A stretch of DNA of 64,000 bases from Halarcobacter sp. (GCA_963676565.1 OY781089.1:640001-704000), one strand, 5' to 3'; counted from the stretch's first letter, positions 18,994-29,550 are shown. Notes: a model not told the origin generated them from the letters alone. Numbers and translations: made by a program.

Positions 18994-20427
18994 ATGTCAT
19001 CAATGTTTGAAGTTATTATTGGATTAGAAGTACATGTACAGTTAAATACAAAATCAAAACTTTTTTGTTCTTGTGCAACGAGTTTTGGGGAAGAGCCTAA
19101 TACAAATGTTTGTCCAACATGTTTAGGTCTTCCAGGAGCTTTACCTGTATTAAATAAAGAAGCAGTACATAAAGCAATTATGCTTGGAACTGCCCTTAAA
19201 TCACAAATTAATAAAAAATCAATTTTTAATAGAAAAAACTACTTTTATCCAGATTTACCAAATGGATATCAAATTTCACAATTTGAAGTACCAGTAGTAG
19301 GTCTTGGTGAACTAGTTATTGATTTTGAAGATGGAACTTCTAAAACAATAGGTGTAACTAGAGCACACTTAGAAAATGATGCAGGTAAAAATATCCATGC
19401 TGGAAGCGTTTCACATGTAGATTTAAACAGAGCAGGAACTCCTTTATTAGAAATCGTATCTGAACCAGACATGAGAAATGCAGATGAGGCAATTTTATAT
19501 CTTAAAAAACTTCACTCAATTGTAAGATACTTAGGAATTAGTGATGCAAATATGCAAGAGGGTTCATTTAGATGTGATGTAAATGTTTCTATTAGACCTA
19601 AAGGTGATGATAAACTTTACACTAGATGTGAAATTAAAAATATGAACTCATTTAAATTCATTGAAAAAGCTATTAAATATGAAGTAAATAGACATATTGA
19701 AGCTTGGGAAGATGGAATTCATGATACAGAGATTGTTCAAGAAACAAGACTATTTGATCCTGATTCTGGTGAAACTAGATCTATGAGAGGTAAAGAAGAT
19801 GCCGCTGATTATAGATATTTCCCAGATCCAGACCTATTACCATTAATCATTACAGATGAAATGATGGAAAAATATTCACAAATTCCTGAACTTCCAGATG
19901 AGAAAAAAGAGAGATTTGTAAAAGAGTTTGGTCTTAAAGATTATGATGCTTCTGTAATAACTGCTTCTTTAGAGATGGCTAAGTATTTTGATGAGATGAT
20001 GAAAGAGGGTATCTCAGGTAAAAATGCTGCTACATGGCTAACAGTTGAATTGCCAGGAAGATTTAAAGAGGGAGTTTCTATTGAAAATTCTCCTGTTGAA
20101 GCAAAAACATTAGCTACTCTTGTAAAAAGAATAGAAGATGGGACAATATCTGGAAAAGCAGCTAAAGAGGTTTTAGACTATTTAGTTGAAAATGATGTAG
20201 AGGTTGATTCAGTTATTGAAAAACTTGGATTAAAACAAGTATCTGATGATGGAGCTATTTTAGAGATTATTGATGGAATCCTAGCTGCAAATGAAGATAA
20301 AGTTGCTGAGTATAAAGGTGGGAAAGAGAAACTATTTGGATTCTTCGTTGGTCAAACAATGAAAGCTTCTAAAGGTAGTGCAAACCCAGCAAAAGTAAAT
20401 GAATTATTAAAGCAAAGATTATCATAA
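18994..20427 (+). CDS. gatB: Asp/Glu-tRNA amidotransferase subunit B
   Basis: [30 protein letters not shown] and [10 protein letters not shown] motifs. Confidence 0.97.
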   Translation: MSSMFEVIIGLEVHVQLNTKSKLFCSCATSFGEEPNTNVCPTCLGLPGALPVLNKEAVHKAIMLGTALKSQINKKSIFNRKNYFYPDLPNGYQISQFEVPVVGLGELVIDFEDGTSKTIGVTRAHLENDAGKNIHAGSVSHVDLNRAGTPLLEIVSEPDMRNADEAILYLKKLHSIVRYLGISDANMQEGSFRCDVNVSIRPKGDDKLYTRCEIKNMNSFKFIEKAIKYEVNRHIEAWEDGIHDTEIVQETRLFDPDSGETRSMRGKEDAADYRYFPDPDLLPLIITDEMMEKYSQIPELPDEKKERFVKEFGLKDYDASVITASLEMAKYFDEMMKEGISGKNAATWLTVELPGRFKEGVSIENSPVEAKTLATLVKRIEDGTISGKAAKEVLDYLVENDVEVDSVIEKLGLKQVSDDGAILEIIDGILAANEDKVAEYKGGKEKLFGFFVGQTMKASKGSANPAKVNELLKQRLS

Positions 20428-21327
20428 ATGACTAAAAAAACAATTGCAGTAATTGGAGCAGGGAAGTGGGGTCAAGCCTTACACTTTGCTCTTTCTCAAA
20501 AGCAAGAGTGTCTAATAACTTCAAGAACAAAAAAAGATATTAGAAATTTTGTTGATTTAGATACTGCTTTAAATTGTGAATATTTAGTTATTGCAATTCC
20601 TGCACAACAAATAAAACAATGGTTAAAAGACAACTTCATATATAAAGGTCAAAAAGTTTTAGTAGCTTCTAAAGGTATAGAAGCTACTAGTGGGCAGTTT
20701 TTAAATGAGATTTATGAAGAGTTTGTACCTTCAAAAAATGTTGGTTTTATCTCAGGTCCTTCTTTTGCAACTGAAGTTATAAAAGCTCTTCCTGCTGCTA
20801 TTGTTATAAATTCTAAATCAAAAAAACTTTATAATGAATTTGAGCCTTTTTTCCCAAACTTTTTGAAAGTATATTATTCAAAGGATGTAATTGGAGCTGA
20901 AGTTTCAGGAGCATATAAAAACGTTCTTGCAATAGCAAGTGGTATTTGTGCTGGATTAAATCTTGGGAATAATGCAAGGGCATCATTAATCTCTAGAGGT
21001 TTAGTGGAGATGCAAAGGTTTGGAAAACATTTTGGGGCTAAAAAATCTAGCTTTATTGGACTTTCAGGAGCTGGAGATTTATTTTTAACTGCAAGTAGTA
21101 CATTAAGTAGAAATTACAGAGTTGGACTTGGACTTGCCGAGGGTAAATCACTTGAAGAGATTTTAGAAGAGTTAGGGGAGGTGGCTGAAGGTGTAATGAC
21201 TGCTGAAGCTATAAATAAACTATCTCAAAAACACCAAATTTATACACCTATTGCAAAAGAGGTAAAACTAATCTTAGATGGGAAGAATCCCTTAGATAGT
21301 TTAAAAGATCTACTTAGTTCAAACTAA
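20428..21327 (+). CDS. gpsA: NAD(P)H-dependent glycerol-3-phosphate dehydrogenase
   Basis: GAGKWG, SKGIE, SGPSFA, KNVLAIASG, GDLFLT and SRNY motifs. Confidence 0.94.
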   Translation: MTKKTIAVIGAGKWGQALHFALSQKQECLITSRTKKDIRNFVDLDTALNCEYLVIAIPAQQIKQWLKDNFIYKGQKVLVASKGIEATSGQFLNEIYEEFVPSKNVGFISGPSFATEVIKALPAAIVINSKSKKLYNEFEPFFPNFLKVYYSKDVIGAEVSGAYKNVLAIASGICAGLNLGNNARASLISRGLVEMQRFGKHFGAKKSSFIGLSGAGDLFLTASSTLSRNYRVGLGLAEGKSLEEILEELGEVAEGVMTAEAINKLSQKHQIYTPIAKEVKLILDGKNPLDSLKDLLSSN

Positions 21328-21336
21328 TGATAGTTT

Positions 21337-22035
21337 ATGCAAACAATATCATTCTTTAATCTATCCCTTACCTTTATTCCTCTTATTTTTGTTTGGTATT
21401 TTTATAAAAAATGGACATTTAATAGTGATGAGATATTAATCTCAACACTTAGAATGGTTATCCAGCTAATTGCAATTGGGTACCTTTTAGTTTTTATTTT
21501 TGAAACAAAAAGTATCTATATTGATTTATCTATTATGCTTTTTATGATAAGTATCTCTGCTTGGATTACATTAAGAGTTACAAATAATAAATCCTTAAAA
21601 CATTATGGTCAAATATTCTCTTCTGTAGCTATATCAGGTTTTATAAATCTTGGTATTATAATAATTCTTGTTTTAGAATTAAAGCCACCCTTTGAAGCAA
21701 GATATGTAATTCCAATTGCAGGGATGGTATTTTCAAATGCCATGAACGCTTTATCAATTGCAATTGAAAGGTTCGAAAAAGAGACTCAAAGGGGTGAAGA
21801 GTTTGAAAAAGCAAGGGAAATAGCTTTTAAAGCTTGTATGATACCTCAAATTAATTCCTTACTTGCTGTGGGGCTTGTCTCACTTCCTGGAATGATGACA
21901 GGGCAAATTTTATCTGGAGTAGACCCTTTAATTGCTGTACGGTATCAAATTATGATTATGACTATGATTTTATCAAATGCAGGAATTAGTTCAATAATCT
22001 ATTTCACCCTAAAAAATTCAAAAAAGATTATTTAG
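21337..22035 (+). CDS. UPF0014 / FetB-like ABC permease
   Basis: RMVIQL and [23 protein letters not shown] signature. Confidence 0.88.
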   Translation: MQTISFFNLSLTFIPLIFVWYFYKKWTFNSDEILISTLRMVIQLIAIGYLLVFIFETKSIYIDLSIMLFMISISAWITLRVTNNKSLKHYGQIFSSVAISGFINLGIIIILVLELKPPFEARYVIPIAGMVFSNAMNALSIAIERFEKETQRGEEFEKAREIAFKACMIPQINSLLAVGLVSLPGMMTGQILSGVDPLIAVRYQIMIMTMILSNAGISSIIYFTLKNSKKII

Positions 22036-22372
22036 GGAATTTCTCTTTGTGAATTTCACCCCATAAATACATCTGTTTTAAAATAGGTTTTAAAGTCTCT
22101 CCATATTCTGTTAAAGAGTATTCAACTTTTGGTGGTACCACTGGATAAACTTTCCTATGTACAATTCCATCTTCCTCAAGTTCTCTTAGTTTTTGAATTA
22201 ACATCTTTTGTGTAACTCTTGGTAATAGTTTTTGAAGCTCATTAAATCTTAATGTTTTACTTCTTAAATACCATAAAATTAAGATTTTCCATTTCCCTGC
22301 TAAGATATCAAGTGCAGTTTCAACTGGACATTTTTCAAAATTTTCTTTTATTTCTATTTTTTTTGTCATCAT
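22028..22372 (-). CDS. HxlR/DUF24-family redox-sensing regulator
   Basis: N-terminal CP, GKWK and [11 protein letters not shown] motifs; exact start uncertain (22369-22381). Confidence 0.92.
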   Translation of the reverse strand: MMTKKIEIKENFEKCPVETALDILAGKWKILILWYLRSKTLRFNELQKLLPRVTQKMLIQKLRELEEDGIVHRKVYPVVPPKVEYSLTEYGETLKPILKQMYLWGEIHKEKFPK

Positions 22373-22395
22373 AAACTCCATAAAATCACATAGTA

Positions 22396-22410
22396 TACTT
22401 TTTGATAGTA
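22396..22410. promoter_or_regulatory. TACT-N7-AGTA box; candidate HxlR/YodB-type operator
   Basis: TACTTTTTGATAGTA between the divergent HxlR and oxidoreductase genes. Confidence 0.5.
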
Positions 22411-22486
22411 CCTGTTTTTTTTGTTAGTACTTGCAATTATATCATATATTTGCTAAACTTTTAAAAAAATTTAAAGGATATTACAA

Positions 22487-23461
22487 ATGAAAGCATATGT
22501 TGTAGAAAAAATAGAAGATAAAAAATTCGATTCAGGTGTTAAAGAAGTAGAAAAACCAACGATTGCAGAGAATGAAGTTCTAATTAAAACAACTTATTCT
22601 TCTTTAAATTATAAAGATGCATTAAGTTCTGTTGGAAACCCAGGTGTTACTAGAGTTTTCCCACATGTTACAGGTATTGATGTAGCTGGTACAATTGAAG
22701 AATCAAACTCAAGTGACTTTGAAGTTGGTGAAAAAGTTTTAGTTACAGGTTATGATTTAGGGATGAATACAGATGGTGGACACTCTGAGTTCGTAAAAGT
22801 TCCAGCTTCATGGGTTGTAAAAATTCCAGAGGGTATTTCAGATAAAGAGATTATGACATATGGAACAGCTGGATTAACAGCGGCACTTTCTGTAAATGAA
22901 CTTTTAAATAATAATGTTACTTCAGGTGAAGTTTTAGTAACTGGAGCAACTGGTGGGGTTGGTTCTATTGCCGTAGCAATTTTAAGTAAATTAGGATTTA
23001 ATGTAACAGCTATCTCAGGAAAAGAGGACAAAATCCCATTTTTAAAAGAGCTTGGAGCTAAAGATGTAATCTTAAGAGCAGATTTTGATGTTGAAAATAA
23101 AAGACCAATGGGAAGTGAAAAATATGATGGAGTTATTGATACAGTTGGTGGAAATATTTTAGCAGAAGCACTTAAAGTGATAAAATATGATGGAGTTGCA
23201 ACTTGTTGTGGTTTAACATCATCACATGCGTTACCAACAAATGTTTTCCCATTTATTTTAAGAGGTGTTAGACTTATTGGTATTGACTCTGTTGAGTGTA
23301 AAATAGAGAAAAAACAAGCTGCATGGGAAAAAGTTGCAGGAGATTTTAAAATAGATACATTAGATGATTTAACAAATGAAATCTCAATTGATGGAATTAA
23401 AGAAGCTTATGAAGCATTATTAGCAGGAAAAGCTGTAGGAAGATTCCTAGTTAAATTTTAA
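22487..23461 (+). CDS. YhdH/YhfP-family quinone oxidoreductase (MDR superfamily)
   Basis: YSSLNYKDAL, GTAGLTAA, VTGATGGVGS and PFILRGV.LIGIDSV motifs. Confidence 0.93.
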   Translation: MKAYVVEKIEDKKFDSGVKEVEKPTIAENEVLIKTTYSSLNYKDALSSVGNPGVTRVFPHVTGIDVAGTIEESNSSDFEVGEKVLVTGYDLGMNTDGGHSEFVKVPASWVVKIPEGISDKEIMTYGTAGLTAALSVNELLNNNVTSGEVLVTGATGGVGSIAVAILSKLGFNVTAISGKEDKIPFLKELGAKDVILRADFDVENKRPMGSEKYDGVIDTVGGNILAEALKVIKYDGVATCCGLTSSHALPTNVFPFILRGVRLIGIDSVECKIEKKQAAWEKVAGDFKIDTLDDLTNEISIDGIKEAYEALLAGKAVGRFLVKF

Positions 23462-24044
23462 AATATTTATCAAAATTTTTTAAAGAGGAAAGATGAATCT
23501 TTAAGTATTCATCTTCAAAATCCTCTTTAAATCTATAAAACTTGTTCCCGTTAATCTCTATTAAAAATTCCAAATTTTCTTCTTTATTAAATTTCTCAAA
23601 ATGAAAATGCATATTTATATATTTGTTTTGATAATCTTCAAAAACTTTATGTTCAAATGATTTTTCTAAGCTACCATTGCTTATTATTTTTTCCCCTTCA
23701 TTTCCAACTGCTGGACACAATAGGTCTATAAAAGGAACATTTGTTAAGTGTGGACTTAAAGGATAAACTTTGCAAACAGAGGGTCTCTTTTCATAAATTG
23801 TGCATTTATTATTTAAAAGATATCTACAACTATCAATACCATTTGTAAGAAGTATTACAGGTTTTATGTAGTTTAAATCCCCTTTCATAAAAACAATTGG
23901 GAATCGTTCAAAAATCTGTTTAAAATCTTCAAGTAAGAGTTGTGAGTAAACTGTCCCATTAAATCCTTTACAACATGCAGCATCACATATATCGCATGAA
24001 GAAAAATAGTATGTTTTATTTAAAGTATTTTCAAAAGTTTTCAT
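23451..24044 (-). CDS. YkgJ-like cysteine-cluster (CxxCxxxCC) protein
   Basis: CDICDAACC and CTIYEKRPSVCKVYP motifs. Confidence 0.85.
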   Translation of the reverse strand: MKTFENTLNKTYYFSSCDICDAACCKGFNGTVYSQLLLEDFKQIFERFPIVFMKGDLNYIKPVILLTNGIDSCRYLLNNKCTIYEKRPSVCKVYPLSPHLTNVPFIDLLCPAVGNEGEKIISNGSLEKSFEHKVFEDYQNKYINMHFHFEKFNKEENLEFLIEINGNKFYRFKEDFEDEYLKIHLSSLKNFDKYFKI

Positions 24045-24046
24045 AA

Positions 24047-24403
24047 TTACTCAATTATACAATTTGCATCTTTTATAATATTTATATCATTTTCCTTTGC
24101 AAACTCTTTTCCCCAATCATGTAATTGTTCTAATATAGGTATTAGCTTTTTGCCATTTACAGTTAATTTATACTCCACTTTTGGTGGAATAACTGGGTAT
24201 ACAATTCTTTCAACTATTCCAACATCCTCTAATTCTCTTAATTGTTGAGTCAACATTTTTTGAGAAATATTGGGTATTAACTTTTTTAGTTCACCATTTC
24301 TTTTGACATCTTTTTTCAATGCCCAAAGAACCATACCTTTCCATTTGCCACCAATCATATCAGTTGCCAATTGAAAAAAACAATTATATTCTTTAGCTTC
24401 CAT
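24047..24403 (-). CDS. HxlR/DUF24-family regulator
   Basis: N-terminal Cys, GGKWK, SQKMLTQQLRELE and PPKVEY motifs; start set at MEAKE. Confidence 0.92.
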   Translation of the reverse strand: MEAKEYNCFFQLATDMIGGKWKGMVLWALKKDVKRNGELKKLIPNISQKMLTQQLRELEDVGIVERIVYPVIPPKVEYKLTVNGKKLIPILEQLHDWGKEFAKENDINIIKDANCIIE

Positions 24404-24443
24404 AACAAACTCCCTCAATATACATATTTTACATAAAACTTTT

Positions 24444-24469
24444 TTATAGTTACCTAAAAGTAACTATAA
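24444..24469. promoter_or_regulatory. 10-bp inverted repeat; candidate HxlR operator in the trxA promoter region
   Basis: TTATAGTTAC-CTAAAA-GTAACTATAA. Confidence 0.55.
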
Positions 24470-24546
24470 TACTATTTGGTATGTACTTGACTTTTGTTCA
24501 CTAATCCGTTAATATTCATGCACAAAAAAATATAAAAGGATATTTA

Positions 24547-24864
24547 ATGGCAGGATATGTTGAATTAACAGCTGATAACTTTGATGCAACTGTAGGAACT
24601 GGTGTTTCTTTAGTTGACTTTTGGGCTCCATGGTGTGGACCTTGTAGAATGATTGCTCCCGTAATTGATGAATTAGCAACTGAGTTTGATGGAAAAGCAA
24701 ACATTTGTAAAGTAAACACAGACGAACAACAAGATTTAGCAGTAAAATATGGTGTTAGATCAGTTCCAACAATTTTATTTATGAAAGATGGAGAAATAGT
24801 TGACCAAGTTATTGGTGCTCAATCAAAACAAGCACTAGCGGATAAAATTAACGCACAACTTTAA
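24547..24864 (+). CDS. trxA: Thioredoxin
   Basis: WAPWCGPC active site, 105 aa. Confidence 0.97.
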   Translation: MAGYVELTADNFDATVGTGVSLVDFWAPWCGPCRMIAPVIDELATEFDGKANICKVNTDEQQDLAVKYGVRSVPTILFMKDGEIVDQVIGAQSKQALADKINAQL

Positions 24865-24874
24865 TAACACTTTT

Positions 24875-24897
24875 TGGCAGTGAAACATTCACTGCCA
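24875..24897 (+). terminator. Terminator hairpin after trxA
   Basis: TGGCAGTGAA-ACA-TTCACTGCCA followed by CTTTT. Confidence 0.75.
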
Positions 24898-24973
24898 CTT
24901 TCAACTAAACTCCCCTTTTCTTAGGCTTTTTTAGATAAAATATTCTCAAATGTAAAGAGTATAGGAAAATTAC

Positions 24974-26206
24974 ATGACACAATTCTTAGAAGAATCAAAA
25001 AAAATCAGTAGAGAAATAGCTACACTTAGTGGTGAAGTAAAGAACAAAGTTCTAAATGAAATGGCTGATGCTCTTATGGATCATTGTGACTTTATAGTAA
25101 GTTGTAATGATAAAGATATGAGCGAAGGAAAACTTAATAACCTTTCAGATGCTTTACTTGATAGATTATATTTAGATGGTGACAGAGTTAAAGGTATGGC
25201 TGATGCAATTAGAGAAATTGCAACACTAAAAGAACCAGTAGGAAGAACACTTGATGGTTGGGTTACTGAAAATGGATTAAATATTCAAAAAGTTTCAATT
25301 CCAATTGGTGTGATTGGAATCATTTATGAAAGTAGACCAAATGTTACTTCTGATACTGCAGCACTGTGTTTTAAAAGTGGTAATGTTTGTGTTTTAAAGG
25401 GTGGAAAAGAAGCTGAACACTCAAACAATGCAATTGCAAATGTTTTAAGACATGTATTAGCTAAAAACAAACTTCCAGAGCAAGCTATTGCACTTTTACC
25501 AGATTCAAGCCGTGAAGGTGTTGCAAACTTAATTAAACAAGATAAGTATGTAGACCTTATTGTACCAAGAGGTGGTGCAGCATTAATTAAATATGTAAGT
25601 GAAAATGCAACTGTGCCAGTTGTAAAACATGATAAAGGTCTTTGTCATATCTATATTGATAAAGATGCAAACCATAAAAAAGCGATTCAAATAGCAATAA
25701 ATGCAAAGGTTCAAAGACCTGGAGTTTGTAATGCTATGGAGACTTTATTAGTTCATAAAGAAGTTGCTGCTTATATTTTACCACCTTTATATGAGGCTTT
25801 TATTGCAGAAGGTACTGAACTTAAAGGTTGTGAAGTAACTAGAGAATATATTGAAATTGATTGTGCTACCCATGAAGATTATGACACTGAGTACTTAGCA
25901 AATATATTAAATATAAAAGTTGTTAAAAATGTAGATGAAGCAATTTTTCATATAGGTAAATATGGTTCAGGTCATTCAGAAGCAATTATTAGTGAAAACT
26001 ACTCAATAGTAAATAAATTTTTAAATGAGGTAGATGCTGCTTGTGTATATGCAAATGCAAGTACAAGGTTTACCGATGGTGGAGCTTTTGGATTAGGAGC
26101 AGAAGTTGGTATCTCAACAAATAAACTTCACTCAAGAGGACCAATGGGAATCAATGATTTAACAACATTTAAATATAAAATTTATGGTCAAGGACAAATA
26201 AGATAA
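24974..26206 (+). CDS. proA: Gamma-glutamyl phosphate reductase
   Basis: IYESRPNVT, PRGG, CNAMETLL and GAEVGIST.KLHSRGPMG motifs. Confidence 0.96.
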   Translation: MTQFLEESKKISREIATLSGEVKNKVLNEMADALMDHCDFIVSCNDKDMSEGKLNNLSDALLDRLYLDGDRVKGMADAIREIATLKEPVGRTLDGWVTENGLNIQKVSIPIGVIGIIYESRPNVTSDTAALCFKSGNVCVLKGGKEAEHSNNAIANVLRHVLAKNKLPEQAIALLPDSSREGVANLIKQDKYVDLIVPRGGAALIKYVSENATVPVVKHDKGLCHIYIDKDANHKKAIQIAINAKVQRPGVCNAMETLLVHKEVAAYILPPLYEAFIAEGTELKGCEVTREYIEIDCATHEDYDTEYLANILNIKVVKNVDEAIFHIGKYGSGHSEAIISENYSIVNKFLNEVDAACVYANASTRFTDGGAFGLGAEVGISTNKLHSRGPMGINDLTTFKYKIYGQGQIR

Positions 26207-26532
26207 TGTCAAAAAAAATATACTGTATAGCTTCATTTAAAGCAAAAGAGGGGAAAGAACAAGAGCTTTTAGAGATTCTACAAAGTCTTGAACCTCAAAC
26301 AACAAGAGAAGATGGGTGTATTCAATATATTGTTACAAAACATATTGAACATCCAAATGCAATGGGTAAATCATTTCCTATAGTATTTAATGAGATTTGG
26401 GAGTCTAAAGAGGCTTTTGAACTTCATTGCAATAAACCATACATAACTAACTTTTTTGAAGCACAATGTGTTGATAAAAACGGTTTAGTTGAGGATTTTA
26501 ATGTATGTGTTTATAGTGATGAGGTAAACTAA
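26206..26532 (+). CDS. ABM-domain (putative quinol monooxygenase) protein
   Basis: TTREDGCIQY and EIWESKEAFELH motifs. Confidence 0.85.
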   Translation: MSKKIYCIASFKAKEGKEQELLEILQSLEPQTTREDGCIQYIVTKHIEHPNAMGKSFPIVFNEIWESKEAFELHCNKPYITNFFEAQCVDKNGLVEDFNVCVYSDEVN

Positions 26533-26560
26533 TGGCATAAGCCATTAGTTTAATCCTAAT

Positions 26561-27277
26561 TTACTTTTCATCTTCAAATATTCCACCCATACTTTTCATC
26601 ATCTCTTCCATCATTTTTTGTTGTTCTGGAGGTAAATCTTCCATTTGTTTTTGATTTTCTCTCATCATATCTTTCATGGTTCTAATAGGATAATTTGGTA
26701 ATTTAAATTTACTATCATCAAGAGAGATATTTAATTTAACTTTTGTAGCTATTTGAGTCTCTTTTATACCCATCGCTTCAGTTTCTATTTTTAAAGGGAT
26801 CCCTTTATAAATGCACATAGAAACTCCGCTTACATTCCATATATCACATCTATATCCAGCAACTTTTTCACTACCAACTTTTACACCGCCAAGGGATTCT
26901 AATCCTTTTTTCCCATCTTGATTAAAGTATATATCTTTTTGATCTTTTGGGATAGTTTGTTTATAAATAACATTCTCTTCATTATCAACACTATAAACTA
27001 CACCATTATCAAATTTTGTAGTCTCATCTTCAATCTCTTCTTGTCCCATTATTGTTTGAACTCTATGTTCTTTAGCTAATTCAAGGGCACCATAATTTTT
27101 AAAAAAAAGTGATTTATTACCTATTAATTTTGTAGGCATACCCATCATAGAGCCACTACCTGAGATTTTGTAATCTATAGCTGCTGATTTAATCTCATAA
27201 CGTTTTGTATCTGCAAATAAAGAACTAACACTAAATATTAAAATAATACCTATTAAATAGATAAAATGATTTTTCAT
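26561..27277 (-). CDS. Exported hypothetical protein with Met-rich C-terminal helix
   Basis: Signal peptide; GSEKVAGYRCDIW segment resembling DUF4412-type proteins. Confidence 0.65.
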   Translation of the reverse strand: MKNHFIYLIGIILIFSVSSLFADTKRYEIKSAAIDYKISGSGSMMGMPTKLIGNKSLFFKNYGALELAKEHRVQTIMGQEEIEDETTKFDNGVVYSVDNEENVIYKQTIPKDQKDIYFNQDGKKGLESLGGVKVGSEKVAGYRCDIWNVSGVSMCIYKGIPLKIETEAMGIKETQIATKVKLNISLDDSKFKLPNYPIRTMKDMMRENQKQMEDLPPEQQKMMEEMMKSMGGIFEDEK

Positions 27278-27346
27278 AACTTCTCCTTTATGACAATCTT
27301 TATCTAATTATACTCCTCTATAATTAAATAGGTTATTAACTATTCT

Positions 27347-27976
27347 TTATCTTGAAGATAGGGCTAGTTTTACTGCAAGAGCCCCTAAAACAAAAGAGGT
27401 TATGATATTCATATATTTTGCAATACTTGGGTTCTCAACTAATCTTTTACTTAATACATTTCCAGCAATTCCAATTGAAGAGAAAACCACAATAGTCATT
27501 GCCATAAAAATCAGCCCTAGAAATATCATTTGTAAAGGTACATTACCATTTGCTGGTGTGACAAATTGAGGTAAAAAGGCTAAAAAGAAAATAGAAACCT
27601 TTGGATTTAAAACATTCATAAAAAAACCTTTTACATATAGTTTTTTTAGTTCACCACTACTATTTTGAACAGATAAATCAAGGGGTTCATTTCTATATCT
27701 AAACGCTTGATATGCTATATAAAGTAAATAAGCAGCTCCAGCATACTTTACGATATTAAAAGCTATTTCAGAGGTTTTAAAAATCACAGAGATACCAAAA
27801 GCAGCGGCACTTGTATGTATTATAATCCCTGTACAAAGCCCAAGGGTAGTTACTATTGCAGCTTTTTTACTTTTTGTCATCCCTTGCGTTAATACATAGA
27901 TATTATCAGGACCTGGGGCAAGACATAGTAAAAATGAAGCTATTAAAAATAGATATATATTTGAAAGTTCTAACAT
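27347..27976 (-). CDS. LysE/RhtB-family amino-acid exporter
   Basis: APGPDN and NVLNPKV..FFLAFLPQF motifs; start set at ATG 27976. Confidence 0.92.
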   Translation of the reverse strand: MLELSNIYLFLIASFLLCLAPGPDNIYVLTQGMTKSKKAAIVTTLGLCTGIIIHTSAAAFGISVIFKTSEIAFNIVKYAGAAYLLYIAYQAFRYRNEPLDLSVQNSSGELKKLYVKGFFMNVLNPKVSIFFLAFLPQFVTPANGNVPLQMIFLGLIFMAMTIVVFSSIGIAGNVLSKRLVENPSIAKYMNIITSFVLGALAVKLALSSR

Positions 27977-28108
27977 GCAATTACCTTTAAATTGTCCCAA
28001 TCTAAAGGGACCAATTATTATCTGTCTACTTTTTATCAATGGATGTAAAATCCATTTAAAAGTAGCAAAACACTAAAGGGCTTTAAGAATAAAGCCTAGT
28101 AAACTTGT
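27977..28108 (-). promoter_or_regulatory. Structured 5' leader (three hairpins); candidate cis-regulatory RNA
   Basis: Extended -10 TGTTATAAT on the minus strand (TATAAT at 28115-28120); stems at 28079-28096, 28026-28065 and 27990-28016. Confidence 0.5.
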
Positions 28109-28148
28109 CTTTGAATTATAACAAAAACTATAAAAAAATATTCCATAC

Positions 28149-28185
28149 CACCAAATGAACACCATTTGTCACTAAAGTGTCACTA
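28149..28185 (+). promoter_or_regulatory. Four CAC(C/T)A repeats at 10-11-bp period upstream of ccoG; candidate OmpR-type binding array
   Basis: CACCA at 28149 and 28160, CACTA at 28170 and 28181; the last two extend to TGTCACTA. Confidence 0.5.
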
Positions 28186-28206
28186 TAAAAAAATTTGGAG
28201 AGAATT

Positions 28207-29550
28207 ATGAACTATTCTGAAAAAAGATATTTAACTTATGGTGTAATTACAATCTTTACACTTCTGCTTCCTTTTATAACTATAAATGGAAACCACATGT
28301 TGCTTTTATCCTTTGATAAATTGCAATTCCATCTCTTAGGATTTGTTTTTAATATGAACGAACTATATGTGATGCCGTTTTTATTAATGTTCCTATTTAT
28401 TGGCATTTTTGCCATGACAGCAATGTTTGGTAGAGTTTGGTGTGGATGGGCATGTCCTCAAACTATATTTAGAGTAATATATAGAGACTTAATTGAGACA
28501 TGGCTTTTAGGGTTAAGAAGAATAAAGAATAAACAAAAAGATATTGATTATTCAAAAAACAATAATAAAATCAAAAAATATATTGGTGTAATTTTATGGA
28601 CAATACTATCTTTTGTTGCTGCTTCGAACTTTATGTTGTATTTTGTTCCTCCTGAAGATTTTTTTAATTATATACAAAATCCAAGTGGACATCTTATCCT
28701 TTTCATGTTTGTTATAAGTATTGCATTATTCTTAGTTTTTGACATTATATTTATGAAAGAAGATTTTTGCACCTTTGCCTGTCCTTATTCTAGAATTCAG
28801 TCAGTTTTATATGATGATGATACTAAACAAGTTGTTTACAATACTAATAGAGGTGGTTCTGTTTACAATAAGGGTGAAAAATCTATTTTTGATGTAAAAC
28901 AATGGGTAGCAAATGAAGAGTGTACAACCTGTGAAGCATGTGTTAAAATCTGTCCAACCCATATTGATATTAGAAAAGGTTTACAAGTTGAATGTATTAA
29001 CTGTTTAGAGTGTTCTGATGCTTGTAGTACAGTGATGGGTAAACTTGGAAAAACTTCACTTATTGAATGGGGAAGTACAAATTCAGTAATAAAAAAGAGA
29101 ATCACTACTATTTTTTCAAAAAGAAATATTGCATATTTAGCATCTTTAGTTTTTTGCATAGTTTTAGCAGGATATTTTGCATCAGGGAAAGAAGACTTTT
29201 TAGTTAATATAAATAAAACTACAAAACTTTACAATATTGAAGAAAATGGATTGGTTTCAAATAACTATCTAATTACATTACATAATACAAGTAGAAAACC
29301 TATAGATCTAGCTGTTGAATTGATGGATAAAGAGAAATATGAAGTGAAAAGATTTAGAGAAGTTAAACTTAATCCAAAACAAAGGGTGAAAACAGTTTTA
29401 ATTATAAAAGTAAAAGAAAAAATGTTCTTATCAAATAAAAAAGATACACCATTAAAAACTAAAATTAAATTTTATGACAAAAACAATTCTAAAATTAGTG
29501 TGATAAAAGAAAGCTCTTTTATTTATCCAAGAAATGATTTAATTAAATAG
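28207..29550 (+). CDS. ccoG: Cytochrome c oxidase accessory Fe-S protein CcoG/FixG
   Basis: GRVWCGWACPQT, FC..ACPY, CTTCEACVKICP and ECINCLECSDAC motifs; start 28207 or 28195. Confidence 0.92.
   Translation: MNYSEKRYLTYGVITIFTLLLPFITINGNHMLLLSFDKLQFHLLGFVFNMNELYVMPFLLMFLFIGIFAMTAMFGRVWCGWACPQTIFRVIYRDLIETWLLGLRRIKNKQKDIDYSKNNNKIKKYIGVILWTILSFVAASNFMLYFVPPEDFFNYIQNPSGHLILFMFVISIALFLVFDIIFMKEDFCTFACPYSRIQSVLYDDDTKQVVYNTNRGGSVYNKGEKSIFDVKQWVANEECTTCEACVKICPTHIDIRKGLQVECINCLECSDACSTVMGKLGKTSLIEWGSTNSVIKKRITTIFSKRNIAYLASLVFCIVLAGYFASGKEDFLVNINKTTKLYNIEENGLVSNNYLITLHNTSRKPIDLAVELMDKEKYEVKRFREVKLNPKQRVKTVLIIKVKEKMFLSNKKDTPLKTKIKFYDKNNSKISVIKESSFIYPRNDLIK

Noticed and set aside
27977..28039. N-terminal extension of the LysE ORF
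   Set aside because: Not LysE-like; the RBS precedes ATG 27976 and the region is better explained as a structured leader
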